Assembly (NCBI GenBank): GCA_965220205.1
Contig: OZ244812.1
Span: 1,320,261-1,384,260, forward strand
DNA from: Dehalococcoidia bacterium
GTDB lineage: Bacteria > Chloroflexota > Dehalococcoidia > Lucifugimonadales > Australimonadaceae
Length of the DNA stretch: 64,000 nucleotides
Direction of reading: 5' to 3'
In this document: positions 43,323 to 53,659 of the stretch, piece after piece
Layout: each line of letters starts with the position of its first letter
Numbering within the stretch: the stretch's first letter is position 1
Notes under the pieces: generated by a model
Seen by the model: the letters and a program-made list of their open reading frames with translations, nothing else
What the model was told of the DNA's origin: nothing
The model's database searches: none
Position numbers and translations under genes: made by a program

Positions 43323-44090
43323 ATGAGCTCGCATACCCCCAACGAAATCCAAGTATCCGTGGGCGAGACACGCTGCGAGTTCGTGTTGGTCCCTGCGGGG
43401 ACCTTCGTTATGGGCACCGACCCAAGCGAAGTATCTGCCGTGACGGCCCGGTACCCCGATGTGCAAGCGGCATGGATTCTCAAAGAGACCCCTAACCGTG
43501 AGGTGTACCTGCCTGACTACTACATAGCACGTACACCTATCACGACCCAACTCTGGACGGAGTATGCCTACCAAACCGGCTCGACGCCTCAGGCAGCCTG
43601 GGCCGAGTCCGCTGCTGAGCCGAATCATCCTGTTGCAAGAGTGTCTTACGAAGAAGTGGAAGCCTTCTGTAACTGGCTATCTACAGTTTCTGCCTATGAG
43701 GCAAGCCTTCCGACAGAAGCCCAGTGGGAGAAAGCCGCTCGGGGCACAGATGGTCGTGAATATCCCTGGGGCGACGAATTCGATGCAGCAAGGTGCAACA
43801 CCCGAGAGGGTGGCTGTGGGGGGGTCACCCCTGTTGGCAGGTTCCCCGCCGGTGCAAGTCCCTACGGTGTTCTCGACATGGCAGGGAACGTCGAGGAATG
43901 GACCAGCGATCTCTACCAGCCCTACCCGGGTGGAAACGCAGTGACCGACGATCTTGGTGGACCTGGAGAGTACCGGGTCACCAGAGGCGGCCACTGGGAG
44001 GGTGGGGGTGATTTGGCAAGGTGCGCTCGACGACACGGCGCCTGGGGGCATTCGAGCCCAGGCGCGCGTCTCGTACTCGCGGCACTCTGA
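43323..44090 (+). CDS. FGE-sulfatase (SUMF1/EgtB-C-terminal-like) domain protein
   Basis: VPAGTFVMG, LPTEAQWEKAARG, YPWG, DMAGNVEEW and RGG.W. Confidence 0.9.
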   Translation: MSSHTPNEIQVSVGETRCEFVLVPAGTFVMGTDPSEVSAVTARYPDVQAAWILKETPNREVYLPDYYIARTPITTQLWTEYAYQTGSTPQAAWAESAAEPNHPVARVSYEEVEAFCNWLSTVSAYEASLPTEAQWEKAARGTDGREYPWGDEFDAARCNTREGGCGGVTPVGRFPAGASPYGVLDMAGNVEEWTSDLYQPYPGGNAVTDDLGGPGEYRVTRGGHWEGGGDLARCARRHGAWGHSSPGARLVLAAL

Positions 44091-44169
44091 CATAGAAGCG
44101 CGCTTGGTTGACGTTATCAGCGAAGCTAGGGGTCGTAAGGCGAATCACCCATGAACCCGGCTGGTCTAG

Positions 44170-44349
44170 CAGGCTGCTGAAAAAGGGCAAGGCGTAAGAT
44201 GTGGGCGGATAGAGCGTCAAGCATCCCAACGATATCCGTCATGTCATGGTTCGTTTCGAGCCCTGGATACAGCATACGGACAATATGGCATCGATTATCG
44301 TCGAGCCGCTTTGAGTCCTGAGTAGACCTCAGAGTTTTTCATCAGCCTG
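44170..44349. mobile_element. 180-bp non-autonomous MITE
   Basis: IRs CAGGCTGCTGAAAAA / TTTTTCATCAGCCTG, CTAG duplication at 44166-69 and 44350-53, no ORF. Confidence 0.85.
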
Positions 44350-44353
44350 CTAG

Positions 44354-44810
44354 GTGCGTACCTTCGGCCGGCACAGCCGCCTGTGAGACAGTAGGTCAAC
44401 TCAGCGACAGTGATGGCGCACCGGTCGATACCGTCGAGCAACCGTCCAGGATCGTCAGCACCGTCTCGCGCGAGTACGACAGTGCCGCCAACACTCCAGA
44501 TCGAAGTGACTCCTCAAAACACGACGTCGAAGGCTACTGGGGCGAGTTGCAGTACGCGGTCCGACATGCTCAGCCTGGTGGCGGCCGTGAATGCCATGCA
44601 GTAAGAGGCAAGATTGCTGGGAGGTCGCCACCGGCTTCGGGCGGCCCGTCGATCCTGATGTGTGGATAGCATATGCGAGGCCGCTCGTGGCATCCCGTCG
44701 GTCCCGGTCGAGTCCGTCAGGCGGAGCTGATGCCGAAGTGCCGGCAGGTGAGGGCGGCGTTCTGGCCGTGGGAGCGGTAGTAGTCCATTCACGCTAGTCG
44801 GACGCGGGCC
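44354..44810 (-). pseudogene. NRPS adenylation-domain fragment (frameshifted)
   Basis: Minus-strand frames give LAYAIHTSGSTGRPK (A3), then NLASYC..DRVLQLAPVAFDV (A4) and GGTVVL. Confidence 0.8.
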
Positions 44811-45107
44811 GCTCTGCTCAGAGCTGCGCCGGTGTAGGCAAGTCGTAGACCGTCTTGCCCCGCGTGCGGCCGTCAGGGCGGCCCTCAGGGCGTGGAACAC
44901 CCGGGTCGTAGGCCCCCGCTAGAAGGCCCCCCGTGCCGGTGGGCTCCCAGTCCATTGACGACAGCAGCACCTGCTCCTCGTGAGAGGGCAGGCCCGAGGC
45001 CACGGTCGAGAGCCGCAGGAACACCGAGCTGCCGATGAGGGTGCTATGCTGGCCGCCAACAGGGCGGCTTGACCGGATCCGGCCGCTCATGGCGGGAGGT
45101 AGACGGA

Positions 45108-45370
45108 ATGCCGACGTTTGACATCCTTCCGCTGAACGAGGCCCGCGCGAACAGCGCAACCGGCCAGCGCGCGGCGCTGCTACAGGAATACATGGGGTAC
45201 ATCCAGCGCGTAGGGGCCGGACAGGCGGGGAAGCTGGAGCCCGGAGACGGCGAGACGACCCAGGCGGTCCGGCGCAGGCTTGCCGCGGCGGGCGGAAGCG
45301 CTGGGGAAGGAGCTGCAGGTCCGCCGCTCTGCCAACGCTGTCTACTTCTGGGCGCCGGAGGCCCCGCCGC
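45108..45370 (+). pseudogene. Repeated small protein, copy 1 (MPTFDILPLNEARANSATGQRAALLQEY...; +1 frameshift at ~45291, AT-hook tail deleted)
   Basis: Homologous to 48999-49291 and 47411-47465; RBS GGAGGTAG. Confidence 0.75.
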
Positions 45371-45380
45371 GCTTTCTACA

Positions 45381-45560
45381 CCCAACCACGCACATGTTCA
45401 CTGAAGAGGGCGTAGTTGCTATTGCCCAACCAGCTCCCTTCATACCGGTTGAGCAATAGCAACGAAACGCTGCGGTATTCGTGGGAGGTAGACCTGGGTT
45501 CTGAGGCGGCCGCGGCACCCTAAGCCCCCAACGTGGCTCGAGTCCCGGCTGGTGGGGCTA
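45381..45560 (+). repeat. Conserved hairpin element downstream of the repeated small gene
   Basis: IR GTTGCTATTGCCCAACC (45415-31) / GGTTGAGCAATAGCAAC (45447-63), then GAAACGCTGCGGTA. Homologous to 53660-53850 (-) and partly to 48927-48980 (-). Confidence 0.75.
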
Positions 45561-45659
45561 CTCTCAATGAGGAAGACCATCCTGATCCAGTCTCCTGACT
45601 TCAAGTGGATCAGTTCTTCGGGGGGAGGTCAACTTGTGGTACATTCTCGGAAGCAGATC

Positions 45660-45816
45660 ATGGGAGCGTCTAAGGTGAATGTGCTCTGGATAGTTGCTGA
45701 CACATTCCGCAGGGACCACGTACGCCTACGGCAATCCGACGATTCGAACACCTTCTCTCGATGCCCTGGCGGCCAGGTCGATCAGGTTCGATGGCCACTA
45801 TGCTGCTGGATTCCCG
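45660..45816 (+). pseudogene. Sulfatase N-terminal fragment
   Basis: NVLWIVADTFRRDH..AYGNPTIRTPSLDALAARSIRF; frameshifted and cut off by the hdc duplicate. Confidence 0.8.
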
Positions 45817-47149
45817 CTGAATGTTCACGCCGCCCTGCTTGAGCTTCTCCGCCACCTTCGCCAAGGCGCCCGGTTCATCGCGCAGGTTGACTATCAGTGA
45901 GTCGTCCGTGACCGTCTTGAAGCCCGCGCTGGTGAGCGCTCGCAGCGCCCCATCGTAGTCGTCGGTGGTCAAGGAGATGGCGCCGTTGTCGCCAATGGCC
46001 TCAGCGTTGATGGTCTCGATGTTGATGCCATTGTCTGCCAAGGCCCGGCTGATGTCGGCTATTACGCCCACTTCGTTCTTCGCCATGACTATGATTCTCG
46101 CCGTAACAGTGTGTTCCTCTATCCTTTTCTTGATGCTATTGCTCCAAGCAATCGTCCACGACTGCGTCTATAGTCTCGCGCGTTATGTGGGGCATGGTCA
46201 GCATGTGAGCGATGCCCTCGTAGGGGGCAAGCTGCCATTTGAGGATGACCTCCGCGGACGGCTTCGGGAACACAACGGTGACCGAGTTTCTGTTTCGCCA
46301 CGCGGGTATGCCGCTGTCCCTGAAGCGCGTGACCGCGTACTCGGCATATCCAGGCATCCGGCTACAATCCGCTTGAAGCCGTCCAGCCCGTGGCGCTCGA
46401 GGGCGTACCAACATCATAAGCGGCGTAATGGCGCTGCGGGAGCCCGTGAGAGTAGTGTCCAGAACGCCTACGTACTCGATGGAGCGGGCGATGCGCGCCA
46501 CGTACTCGCGTCTGGTGAGAGCGATGCCACAGGGCAGAGGGGAGCCTATCATCTTGTGTCCGCTTATGGCTACGCTGTCGAAGCCGACGTCGAACCCGTA
46601 AGGCTGCGGCTCCTCCACGAAGGGCAGGATCATGCCGCTCAGGGCGGCGTCCGCGTGGATGTAGGAGTTGGTCACCGCCAGATCGTTGAGTATTCCTCGC
46701 ACTCTGCTCACGTCATCTATAGCGCCCTTCATGGTGGTGCACCACGCCGTCTGGGAAGATTTCGCGCCTCAGGTATAAGCCGTACATATTGCCCTCGGTG
46801 CCGCCGGAGGTGACGTAGCCCCAGGCCTGGTCCCGCGACAGATGCATCATGTCAGCGAACGTGTTGATTACCTCGTACTCCATCTCGTGAGTGTTGATGA
46901 GGAAGCTACTGCCGTAGAAGGGATCTCCGACGTTGTTGGCACTGTACTGCAGGAAGGGCCACAGCTCCGAGTAGTCAGAGTCTTGATTGCACGGGTAGCC
47001 GACCTGCTGGACGCTCAACTCCTCAAATTCCTTAAGCAAAGCGTCGAGACGTTTCTGGGTTTGAGTTTTCAACTCAGTCCTCCCAGCAGTGTTGATTCCC
47101 GTATTCTCAAGCCCTCATTTCCAATATAGCAGGCAGCCACGCCTGTCAG
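45817..47149 (-). pseudogene. Inverted duplicate of the hdc-ACT cassette, with a 167-bp deletion in hdc and a truncated ACT gene
   Basis: Near-identical to 57297-58796 but lacks the equivalent of 57707-57873. Confidence 0.93.
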
Positions 47150-47410
47150 GCATCCAAAGACGCCTTTCGCTAGTTGGCTCATTTCCAGGCGGCGACAATG
47201 TAGTTTCACAACCGGGCCGTTCGTAGAATCCCCCGCTGTGAGAGGCCATGGCGTCCAACTCCCGGTTCATGGATGGGAGCAACACCTGCTCCTCCTAGGA
47301 AGGCAGCCTGTACGCCACGTCCGAGAGGACGGAACCGCCGATGGCGGCGTCATGCTAACCGCCCACAGGCGGATGCACGATGCGGCCGTTCGCACTAGGA
47401 GGTAGACGGG

Positions 47411-48688
47411 ATGCCCACGTTCGGCACCCTTTCGTTAGGTGAAGCGCACGCGAATAGGGTAACGGAATACCCCGAGGGTAGCGTGAAGTATTGCGCGCTG
47501 CGGAGTCGGCACATCAAGATGGAGGTTCGTGAACACCCTGGGGGTGTCACTTATGGTGCCTACAGACCCGCAGGAAAGCACACCAACTGTTGGCGCATTG
47601 CCCACTTCCTGTTGCCGTTCTTCACGATGAGCGCAACCGGCGTCCTGACGCAGCGTGTCGGCGGCGATGCGTGGCTTTTACACATATTCGACCCTTATCT
47701 ACACCGAGAGCCGTCAACATCAACCGCCTCTGTATGGAGAGGCGACCGCTCTTGCCAGCCTCACGCTGGTGCTAATCGCGGTTCTCATTCCAATTCAAAG
47801 ATGGATACTGACCTGTCGTCGGTACACGACAATCACAGGCGTCTACAAACCTGGCCTCATGGATCTAGGCCTGTGTGGAAATGGTTCGCCGTTGCGTTTA
47901 TTGTCGGGGACCATTTCATCAATTTCTTCACCTTCGTGATCATGATCGGAGGCAGCTTCATGACCCGGGTTGGCTATTTCATGATAGATCCGGTCTTCAG
48001 TTTGAGGCATTGGGAGTTCGTCCTATCTGAACCGCATTTCTATACAGGCCTGAAGACGACTCTGATTATAGCCTCGGCAGCTGACATCGGGAGCCCGCTC
48101 TTGTTCGCGACGCTCGCCTACATCATCGTCCGCAGTCGGTGGAGATTCCGACTCGCCCTGGACACTCTAGTATGGATGGGAGGCGCGATTCCAGGGATAC
48201 TATCGGGTCTAGGCCTACTTCTAATGTTCCTGTGGACTCCAGGTCTGAGCTTTCTTTATGGCACCATCTGGGTTCTTATTCTTGTTGTCGTGATTCAGGG
48301 CAATACAATCGGCGTGAACGTCTTCAAGGGGAATATCGTCCAGATAGGGTTCGACATGGAGGAGGCCGCTCGCATATCAGGGGCAGGGTGGTTCAGAACA
48401 TTCGGTCGAATCTGGTTGCCGCTACTTGCGCCCTACTTGGTGCTGATCGGCTTGCTGAACTTCAATATCGTCGCCAATACAACAGCGGCCGTCATCTTGC
48501 TGGCTTCACGAGAAACGGTAACGATTTCTGTACTGATTCTTGAATGGCTGCAACCGGGCATCAACCTTCGCTCCGCGGCTGCCGTTGCACAGATCATGCT
48601 AGGGGGCATCACGCTAACTATCGCGGTGGCTGCACGGCACTATGCGAGCCGTTTGGGAATTCAGCGTGCAGGCCTGGGAGGACGCTAA
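47411..48688 (+). pseudogene. Mosaic relic: small-protein N-terminus (copy 2) + Rieske oxygenase C-terminal fragment + ABC permease C-terminal half
   Basis: MPTFGTLSLGEAHANR; YGAYRPA..WRIAHFLLPFFTM; EAA loop MEEAARISGAGWFRTFGRIWLPLL. Confidence 0.75.
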
Positions 48689-48689
48689 C

Positions 48690-48870
48690 CGTGTTCCGAA
48701 CGAACGCCTGCGTGTCTTAGGCGTTGTTGGCCCCGCTGTCATCCGCTGGACCGTGGGGACCCGCTCCAGCATCGTCAACGCCGCTTCCGCTTCAGCCGTC
48801 ACGGTGGCCTGACACAGCACCTCGTCCAGCACCAGCCCATTCCGCTTCTCTATGAGCACAAGGAAGTGGG
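48690..48870 (-). mobile_element. IS5-like transposase internal fragment
   Basis: LIEKRNGLVLD...QATVTAEAEAALTML resembles the MENRNGL..QATGTAERDAAL transposase segment. Confidence 0.6.
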
Positions 48871-48998
48871 GCCGCCGGGCGAGTCGGCTGTCTTGGTGTA
48901 GCCGTTGTATGCTGCATTCAGACTTACCTCACGAGTACCGCAGCGTTTCGTCTCTATTGCTCGACCGCCATGGTTGGGTCTAAGAAGCGCGGCGGGAG

Positions 48999-49291
48999 CT
49001 ACGGGGCCGGGTCCTTGCGGGGCCTGCCGCGGCGCGGGGCATCCGGCGCCCAGAAGTAGACGGCGTTGGCGGAACGGCGGACCTCCAGGTCCTTCCCCAG
49101 CGCTTCCGCCGCTGCGGCAAGCCTGCGCCGGACCGCCTGGGTCGTCTCTCCCTCTCCGGGCTCCAGCCTCCCCGCTTGTCCGGGGGCTACGCGCTGGATG
49201 TACCCATGTACTCCTGAAGCGGCGCCGCGCGCTGGCCGGTTACGCGGTTCGCGCGGGCTTCGTGCAGCGGAAGAGTGTCAAACGTGGGCAT
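48999..49291 (-). pseudogene. Repeated small protein, copy 3 (~97 aa, C-terminal AT-hook RRGRPRK; one missing G at ~49204)
   Basis: Restoring one G gives MPTFDTLPLHEARANRVTGQRAAPLQEYMGYIQRVAPGQAGRLEPGEGETTQAVRRRLAAAAEALGKDLEVRRSANAVYFWAPDAPRRGRPRKDPAP*. Confidence 0.8.
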
Positions 49292-49532
49292 CCTGTCTTC
49301 TACCTCCCGGTACGAGCGGCTGGATCGGGGAGCCGCTCTCTGAGTGGTCAGCATAGTACTGCCATTGGCACCTCCGTCCTCCCCGGCTCTCAGGCGTGGC
49401 ATCCGGCGTGAGGGGGCCTGTGCGCAAGCCCTGCTTGGCCCATTGCCGCCAGAGCGTCAGTTGCCCGTTGCGTCAAGGTATCCTGTGGCCTACAAGAGGA
49501 TGATCGAGATTCGCCAGACCGAGGGAGCAGTA

Positions 49533-49838
49533 GTGGCGAAGACGCAGACTCGGCCGTGGGACCCGGCGGAGCATCTGGAAACCGAGGAGGACATGGCCGC
49601 CTATCTGAACGTCGCCCTGGAAGAGGGCGACCTGAGCTTGATAATGGCGACGCTTGGGGACATCGCCCGCGCCCGGAGGATGGCGATAGTCGCGGAGGAG
49701 ACCGGGCTGGGCCGGGAGAGCCTCTACAAGTCGCTGTCCGCCGACAGCAACCAGACTTCGCCACGGTATTCAAAGGTGGTCCGCGCCTTGGGACTACAAC
49801 TTCACGCGTCCGGCGCGCCGGGAGTGACCAGAGAGTGA
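49533..49838 (+). CDS. HI1420-family addiction-module antidote (HTH); cognate toxin reduced to a stub (MIEIRQTE at 49500)
   Basis: WDPAEHLETEEDMAAYL, LGDIARAR and GLGRESLYKSLS. Confidence 0.85.
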   Translation: MAKTQTRPWDPAEHLETEEDMAAYLNVALEEGDLSLIMATLGDIARARRMAIVAEETGLGRESLYKSLSADSNQTSPRYSKVVRALGLQLHASGAPGVTRE

Positions 49839-49865
49839 ACAACCATCATCAGGGACAACCGGGCA

Positions 49866-50729
49866 ATGGCAGATAGCCGGTTCAGCTTGAGGAGTAAGCC
49901 AGTGCCGAAAGTCATTTGGCCGACGCTGGCGTTTTGCGTGCTGGCAGCCTTGCTCGCAGGCGCGGCTTGCGCCCGTCATGAACAGAGGGTGAAATGGGGA
50001 TACGATGGACCGGGCGCGCCGGAACGCTGGGCCTCGTTGTCTGAAGAGTACGCAACCTGCGCCGACGGCCAGCGGCAATCTCCAATCGACATTGCCGGAT
50101 ACGACCGGAGTGACGCCGCGCCCATTGCGCTCTCATACAGCGGCGATGCCGCAGCCGTCCGCAACGACGGCAGATTTGTGCACGTTGACTATGGACGCGG
50201 CAACACTCTGAGCGTGGGCCAGCGGACCTACGAGTTGAAGTCGGCTCACTTCCATTCGCCCTCGGAGCATCTGATAGACGGCGCGAGCTTTGCGGCGGAG
50301 TTGCACCTGGTCCACGCGGACGCCGACGGCAACCTGGCGGTCGTGGGGCTGCTGTTCAGGCTGGGCGCGCCCAGTCCCGTGGCGCAGGAGATTCTCGACG
50401 CCGCCCCAGCTGCCGGCGATACCGTCATCGAAGGTCTTGCGCTCAGCGCCAGAGACTACGTGCCGGGCGAGTTGGGCTACTATCGGTACGACGGCTCAAA
50501 GACGACGCCTCCGTGCCACGAACCAGTTGACTGGTATGTGATGCGCCAGCCGGAAACCATCTCCCAAGAACAGGTCGATAGCCTTCTGATGCTGAGCGGC
50601 GGTCCCAACAATCGTCCTGTGCAGCCCATAGGCGACCGAGTGATAACAACCCTGCGCCACGCCGAGAATGCCCCAGCCGGTCCCTGTTGCGTAAGATACA
50701 GCAACCAAGTGAAGAGGACGACATCATGA
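49866..50729 (+). CDS. Alpha-class carbonic anhydrase with signal peptide
   Basis: WGY.G, QSPIDI, HFHSPSEH, ELHLVH, YDGSKTTPPC and NNRPVQP. Confidence 0.93.
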   Translation: MADSRFSLRSKPVPKVIWPTLAFCVLAALLAGAACARHEQRVKWGYDGPGAPERWASLSEEYATCADGQRQSPIDIAGYDRSDAAPIALSYSGDAAAVRNDGRFVHVDYGRGNTLSVGQRTYELKSAHFHSPSEHLIDGASFAAELHLVHADADGNLAVVGLLFRLGAPSPVAQEILDAAPAAGDTVIEGLALSARDYVPGELGYYRYDGSKTTPPCHEPVDWYVMRQPETISQEQVDSLLMLSGGPNNRPVQPIGDRVITTLRHAENAPAGPCCVRYSNQVKRTTS

Positions 50730-50860
50730 AGCACCTACAGCCCCTGACGCCGGCGGCCCTCTACGCCAGGTGTCCAGCGACCGGTAGGACGTGGACCAGT
50801 CCGTGGCCGCCCAGCTCAGGGCGCTCAGGGACTACGCCAAAGCCAACGACTAGGCGTCAC
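50726..50860 (+). pseudogene. Large serine recombinase N-terminal remnant
   Basis: With one G restored it reads AALYARVSSDR*DVDQSVAAQLRALRDYAKAN, containing the catalytic YARVSS motif; internal stops. Confidence 0.8.
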
Positions 50861-51065
50861 GGCGGTCGTGGCGCATCGGGCCCGCGGAGGCCGGTGAAGG
50901 TGGTGTTCATGGCCTACCGGAACAGCCTACAGGCGGACGCCCTGAAGTTGGTAGTGAAGAAGCTGCACAGCTGGCTGGCCGTGGGTGGTGACCTGTAGGC
51001 GGCGTTGTTTGACGCTCACCTGTCCGCTCTCTAGACTGCCGCCACCTTGGCTCAGGGGGTGCGTG

Positions 51066-52157
51066 ATGACGGAGAGCTGCCTGGCGGCGGTGTTCGTGGG
51101 CGCAGAGCTGCCCCTCGAGCTGCGGGAGTTTCCGGTGCCCGACGTGGGGCCGGAGAACATTCTGGTGCGGATGAGCATGGCGGCCGTCTGCGGGACGGAC
51201 GCGCACAACTGGTACAACCCGCAAGCGCCCAACCCCATCATCTGGGGTCACGAGAACATCGGGGAGGTCGCCAAGCTCGGGGCGAGCGTGAAGACGGACA
51301 TCCTGGGCGAGACCCTGCGAGAGGGCGACCGGGTCCTCTTCCACTCGGCGCCGTGCGGGCACTGCTACAACTGTCTCATGGGACTGCGCTGCACGAACAG
51401 CATCCACTACGGCAACTCCCACGTGGACCCGGCCTCGGCGACGATGCTGCGCGGCGGGTTCGGGCAGTACCTGCTCCTCGACCCCAACCCTGCCATCATC
51501 CGTGTGCCCGACGACATGTCGACGGAGCGGGCGCTGATGAGCGTTATCGGCAACCACACGACGATGAGCGGGCTGCGGAAGATCAACGCGCCGGATCCCG
51601 GCGACACCGTTGTCGTTCAGGGCTCCGGCCCCATCGGCATGGGGGCGCTCGTGCAGTCCAGAGCGCGCGGCGCGGCGCGGGTCATCATGATCGGCGCGCC
51701 GTCGCACCGGCTGGCGCTGGCCCGCGAGCTGGGGGCGGACGAGACGATCGACCTGGCGGACTGCCCGACCCCGGAATCGCGCATCGAGCGGGTGCGCGAG
51801 TTGACGGGAGGCGGGCCCGACCTGGTCGTCGAGGCGTCAGGGGCACGGACGTCGGTGCACGAGGGCCTCCAGATGGCGCGCTATGGCGGGAAATACCTCG
51901 TGATTGGCCTCATCCTGCCGACGAGCGTCGAGATGGACCCGTCGCGCATCGCAGCGAAGGACCTGACGGTGGCGGGAGTCGTCGGCTCGAAGGTCGAGAA
52001 CATCATCCGCTCGATGCGGCTGATGCGGTCGCGGATCGACGTCCCGGTCGAGAAGATGATTACCCACCAGTACCCGCTGGCGCAGGTGAACGAAGCGCTG
52101 CAGTCGCACGTGGACCTATCGGCGATGGTCCCGGTGGTCAATCACTCGCTGGCGTGA
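51066..52157 (+). CDS. Zn-dependent alcohol dehydrogenase (MDR family)
   Basis: CGTD, GHE, CGHCYNC..C and GSGPIG. Confidence 0.93.
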   Translation: MTESCLAAVFVGAELPLELREFPVPDVGPENILVRMSMAAVCGTDAHNWYNPQAPNPIIWGHENIGEVAKLGASVKTDILGETLREGDRVLFHSAPCGHCYNCLMGLRCTNSIHYGNSHVDPASATMLRGGFGQYLLLDPNPAIIRVPDDMSTERALMSVIGNHTTMSGLRKINAPDPGDTVVVQGSGPIGMGALVQSRARGAARVIMIGAPSHRLALARELGADETIDLADCPTPESRIERVRELTGGGPDLVVEASGARTSVHEGLQMARYGGKYLVIGLILPTSVEMDPSRIAAKDLTVAGVVGSKVENIIRSMRLMRSRIDVPVEKMITHQYPLAQVNEALQSHVDLSAMVPVVNHSLA

Positions 52158-52189
52158 GGATGGGGCCCGATGCGATGAGTCCACCTGTG

Positions 52190-52806
52190 AACTGTCCGCG
52201 GTGCGGGGGCGACGCTTGGGGTGACCTCCAATGCGCATCAGGGGCTGAAGGACGCCATCGCTAGGGTGGTCGCCGACGCGTCCTGGCAGCGCTGCCGCAC
52301 CCACTTCATGACCAACCTGCTCTCCAGAGTCCCGCGGCGTGCACAGCCGTGGGTGGCGACCATGGTGCGGACCATCTAGCAGCAGCCCTCCCCGGAGAAG
52401 GTCCACGCGCAACACAGCCGCATGTGGGCATGCTCGACGAACGCTTCCCCCAGGCGGCGGAGCTGTTGGCCGACGTGGGCCCGGATATCCTGGCCTTCAC
52501 CGCCTTCCCCGTGGCCCACTGGAGGCAGGTCTGGTCGAACAACCCCCAGGAGCGCCTCAACAAGGAGATACAGCGACGCACCGACGTCGTGGGCATCTTC
52601 CCGAACCGGGCTGCGGTCCGCCGGCTCATCGGGGCAGTCCTCGCCGAGCAGGGCGACGAATGGCAGGTCGCCCGCCGCTATCTGCCCGCTCTTGCCGTCG
52701 ACGTCGGCGATCAGCACCGCATGGAGACATCAATGATGCTGCCCGCAGGGGCAGCCTGATCAATCTGCGAGGGTGACGCTCTCACACCACTTGATGGGAC
52801 ACGACC
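52190..52806 (+). mobile_element. IS256-family transposase 3' remnant with right end
   Basis: [14 protein letters not shown] and [25 protein letters not shown], with stops and frameshifts; end ...CACCACTTGATGGGACACGACC. Confidence 0.85.
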
Positions 52807-52852
52807 TGGTACACTAACCGGTAACCTTGGCGTCCAGGTTCAACCTGACGTT

Positions 52853-53479
52853 ATGGTGGCCCGAGGTTTCGTGATGACGGTAAGCAGGAGAAGAGCCTCA
52901 GGAGAGAACAGGCCTAGTTGGAGTGTGCTCCTGCTAGGAGGGGCTGCCAACGTGGGCAAGACCACAACTGCAAGGAACTTAGCAGTGCGTTGTGGCGCTT
53001 CCGTCTTGCCGGCCGACGTGATCTGGTACGCCCTGAAGACTGCTACTGACCCTACGTCTTATCCCGAACTGCACTACTTCGACCCGCCCGACTCGGAATG
53101 GAGACGATTTCGCGCGGAGTATTGGTGTGAGCGTCATGTAAGAAGTGCCAAAGCGATCAGCTTGGCGATGGACCCCGTCATCGAATACTACGTAACCGAG
53201 CGGTGGCCCGTCATAGTGGAGGGCGCCTGGATCACTCCCGCCGACGCAGCACGCTGGTCTCGTCAGTATGAGGGCGTGCGAGCTGTGTTCATTCAGGAAC
53301 CAGAAGACCTTCGGGCGTACCTTCTTTCAAGGCGAGACCGACTTACCGATCATCGTGGCGAAACGTTCTGGCTCTTCGGCAACTGGGTGCGCGAACAGGC
53401 TTTGGTCAACGGGCTCCCTGTGGTTAACGTTCATCCACGTGCTTCTCTGGCCGAGCGAGTTCTTGCGGCTGCGTGGTGA
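52853..53479 (+). CDS. P-loop kinase (2-phosphoglycerate-kinase-like)
   Basis: Walker A LLGGAANVGKTT; VIVEG. Confidence 0.75.
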   Translation: MVARGFVMTVSRRRASGENRPSWSVLLLGGAANVGKTTTARNLAVRCGASVLPADVIWYALKTATDPTSYPELHYFDPPDSEWRRFRAEYWCERHVRSAKAISLAMDPVIEYYVTERWPVIVEGAWITPADAARWSRQYEGVRAVFIQEPEDLRAYLLSRRDRLTDHRGETFWLFGNWVREQALVNGLPVVNVHPRASLAERVLAAAW

Positions 53480-53659
53480 TGATCCTGAACCCCCTAAGGA
53501 GTAACTGACCTCCACTTATTGGCGAGAAAGGGGACACATCTGGAACTGAAATGAGTGGAGGGGTAGCCGTGTCATGCGTCGTCATCTTTGAGCCTCCATG
53601 GTCTTGTGCGCTACCACGCCTGTCCCCCTCCGGCCTAATGGATGACGGCTCTGTCTGGT

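Noticed and set aside
45395-45485. Hammerhead-like CTGAAGA...GAAAC...GTA in the hairpin element
   Set aside because: Stem I does not pair, there is a 7-nt insertion in the core, and copy 4 has CAGAAGA.
47411-48688. 425-aa ORF as a genuine novel fusion protein
   Set aside because: It is a patchwork of three unrelated fragments with an out-of-frame middle, consistent with deletion debris.
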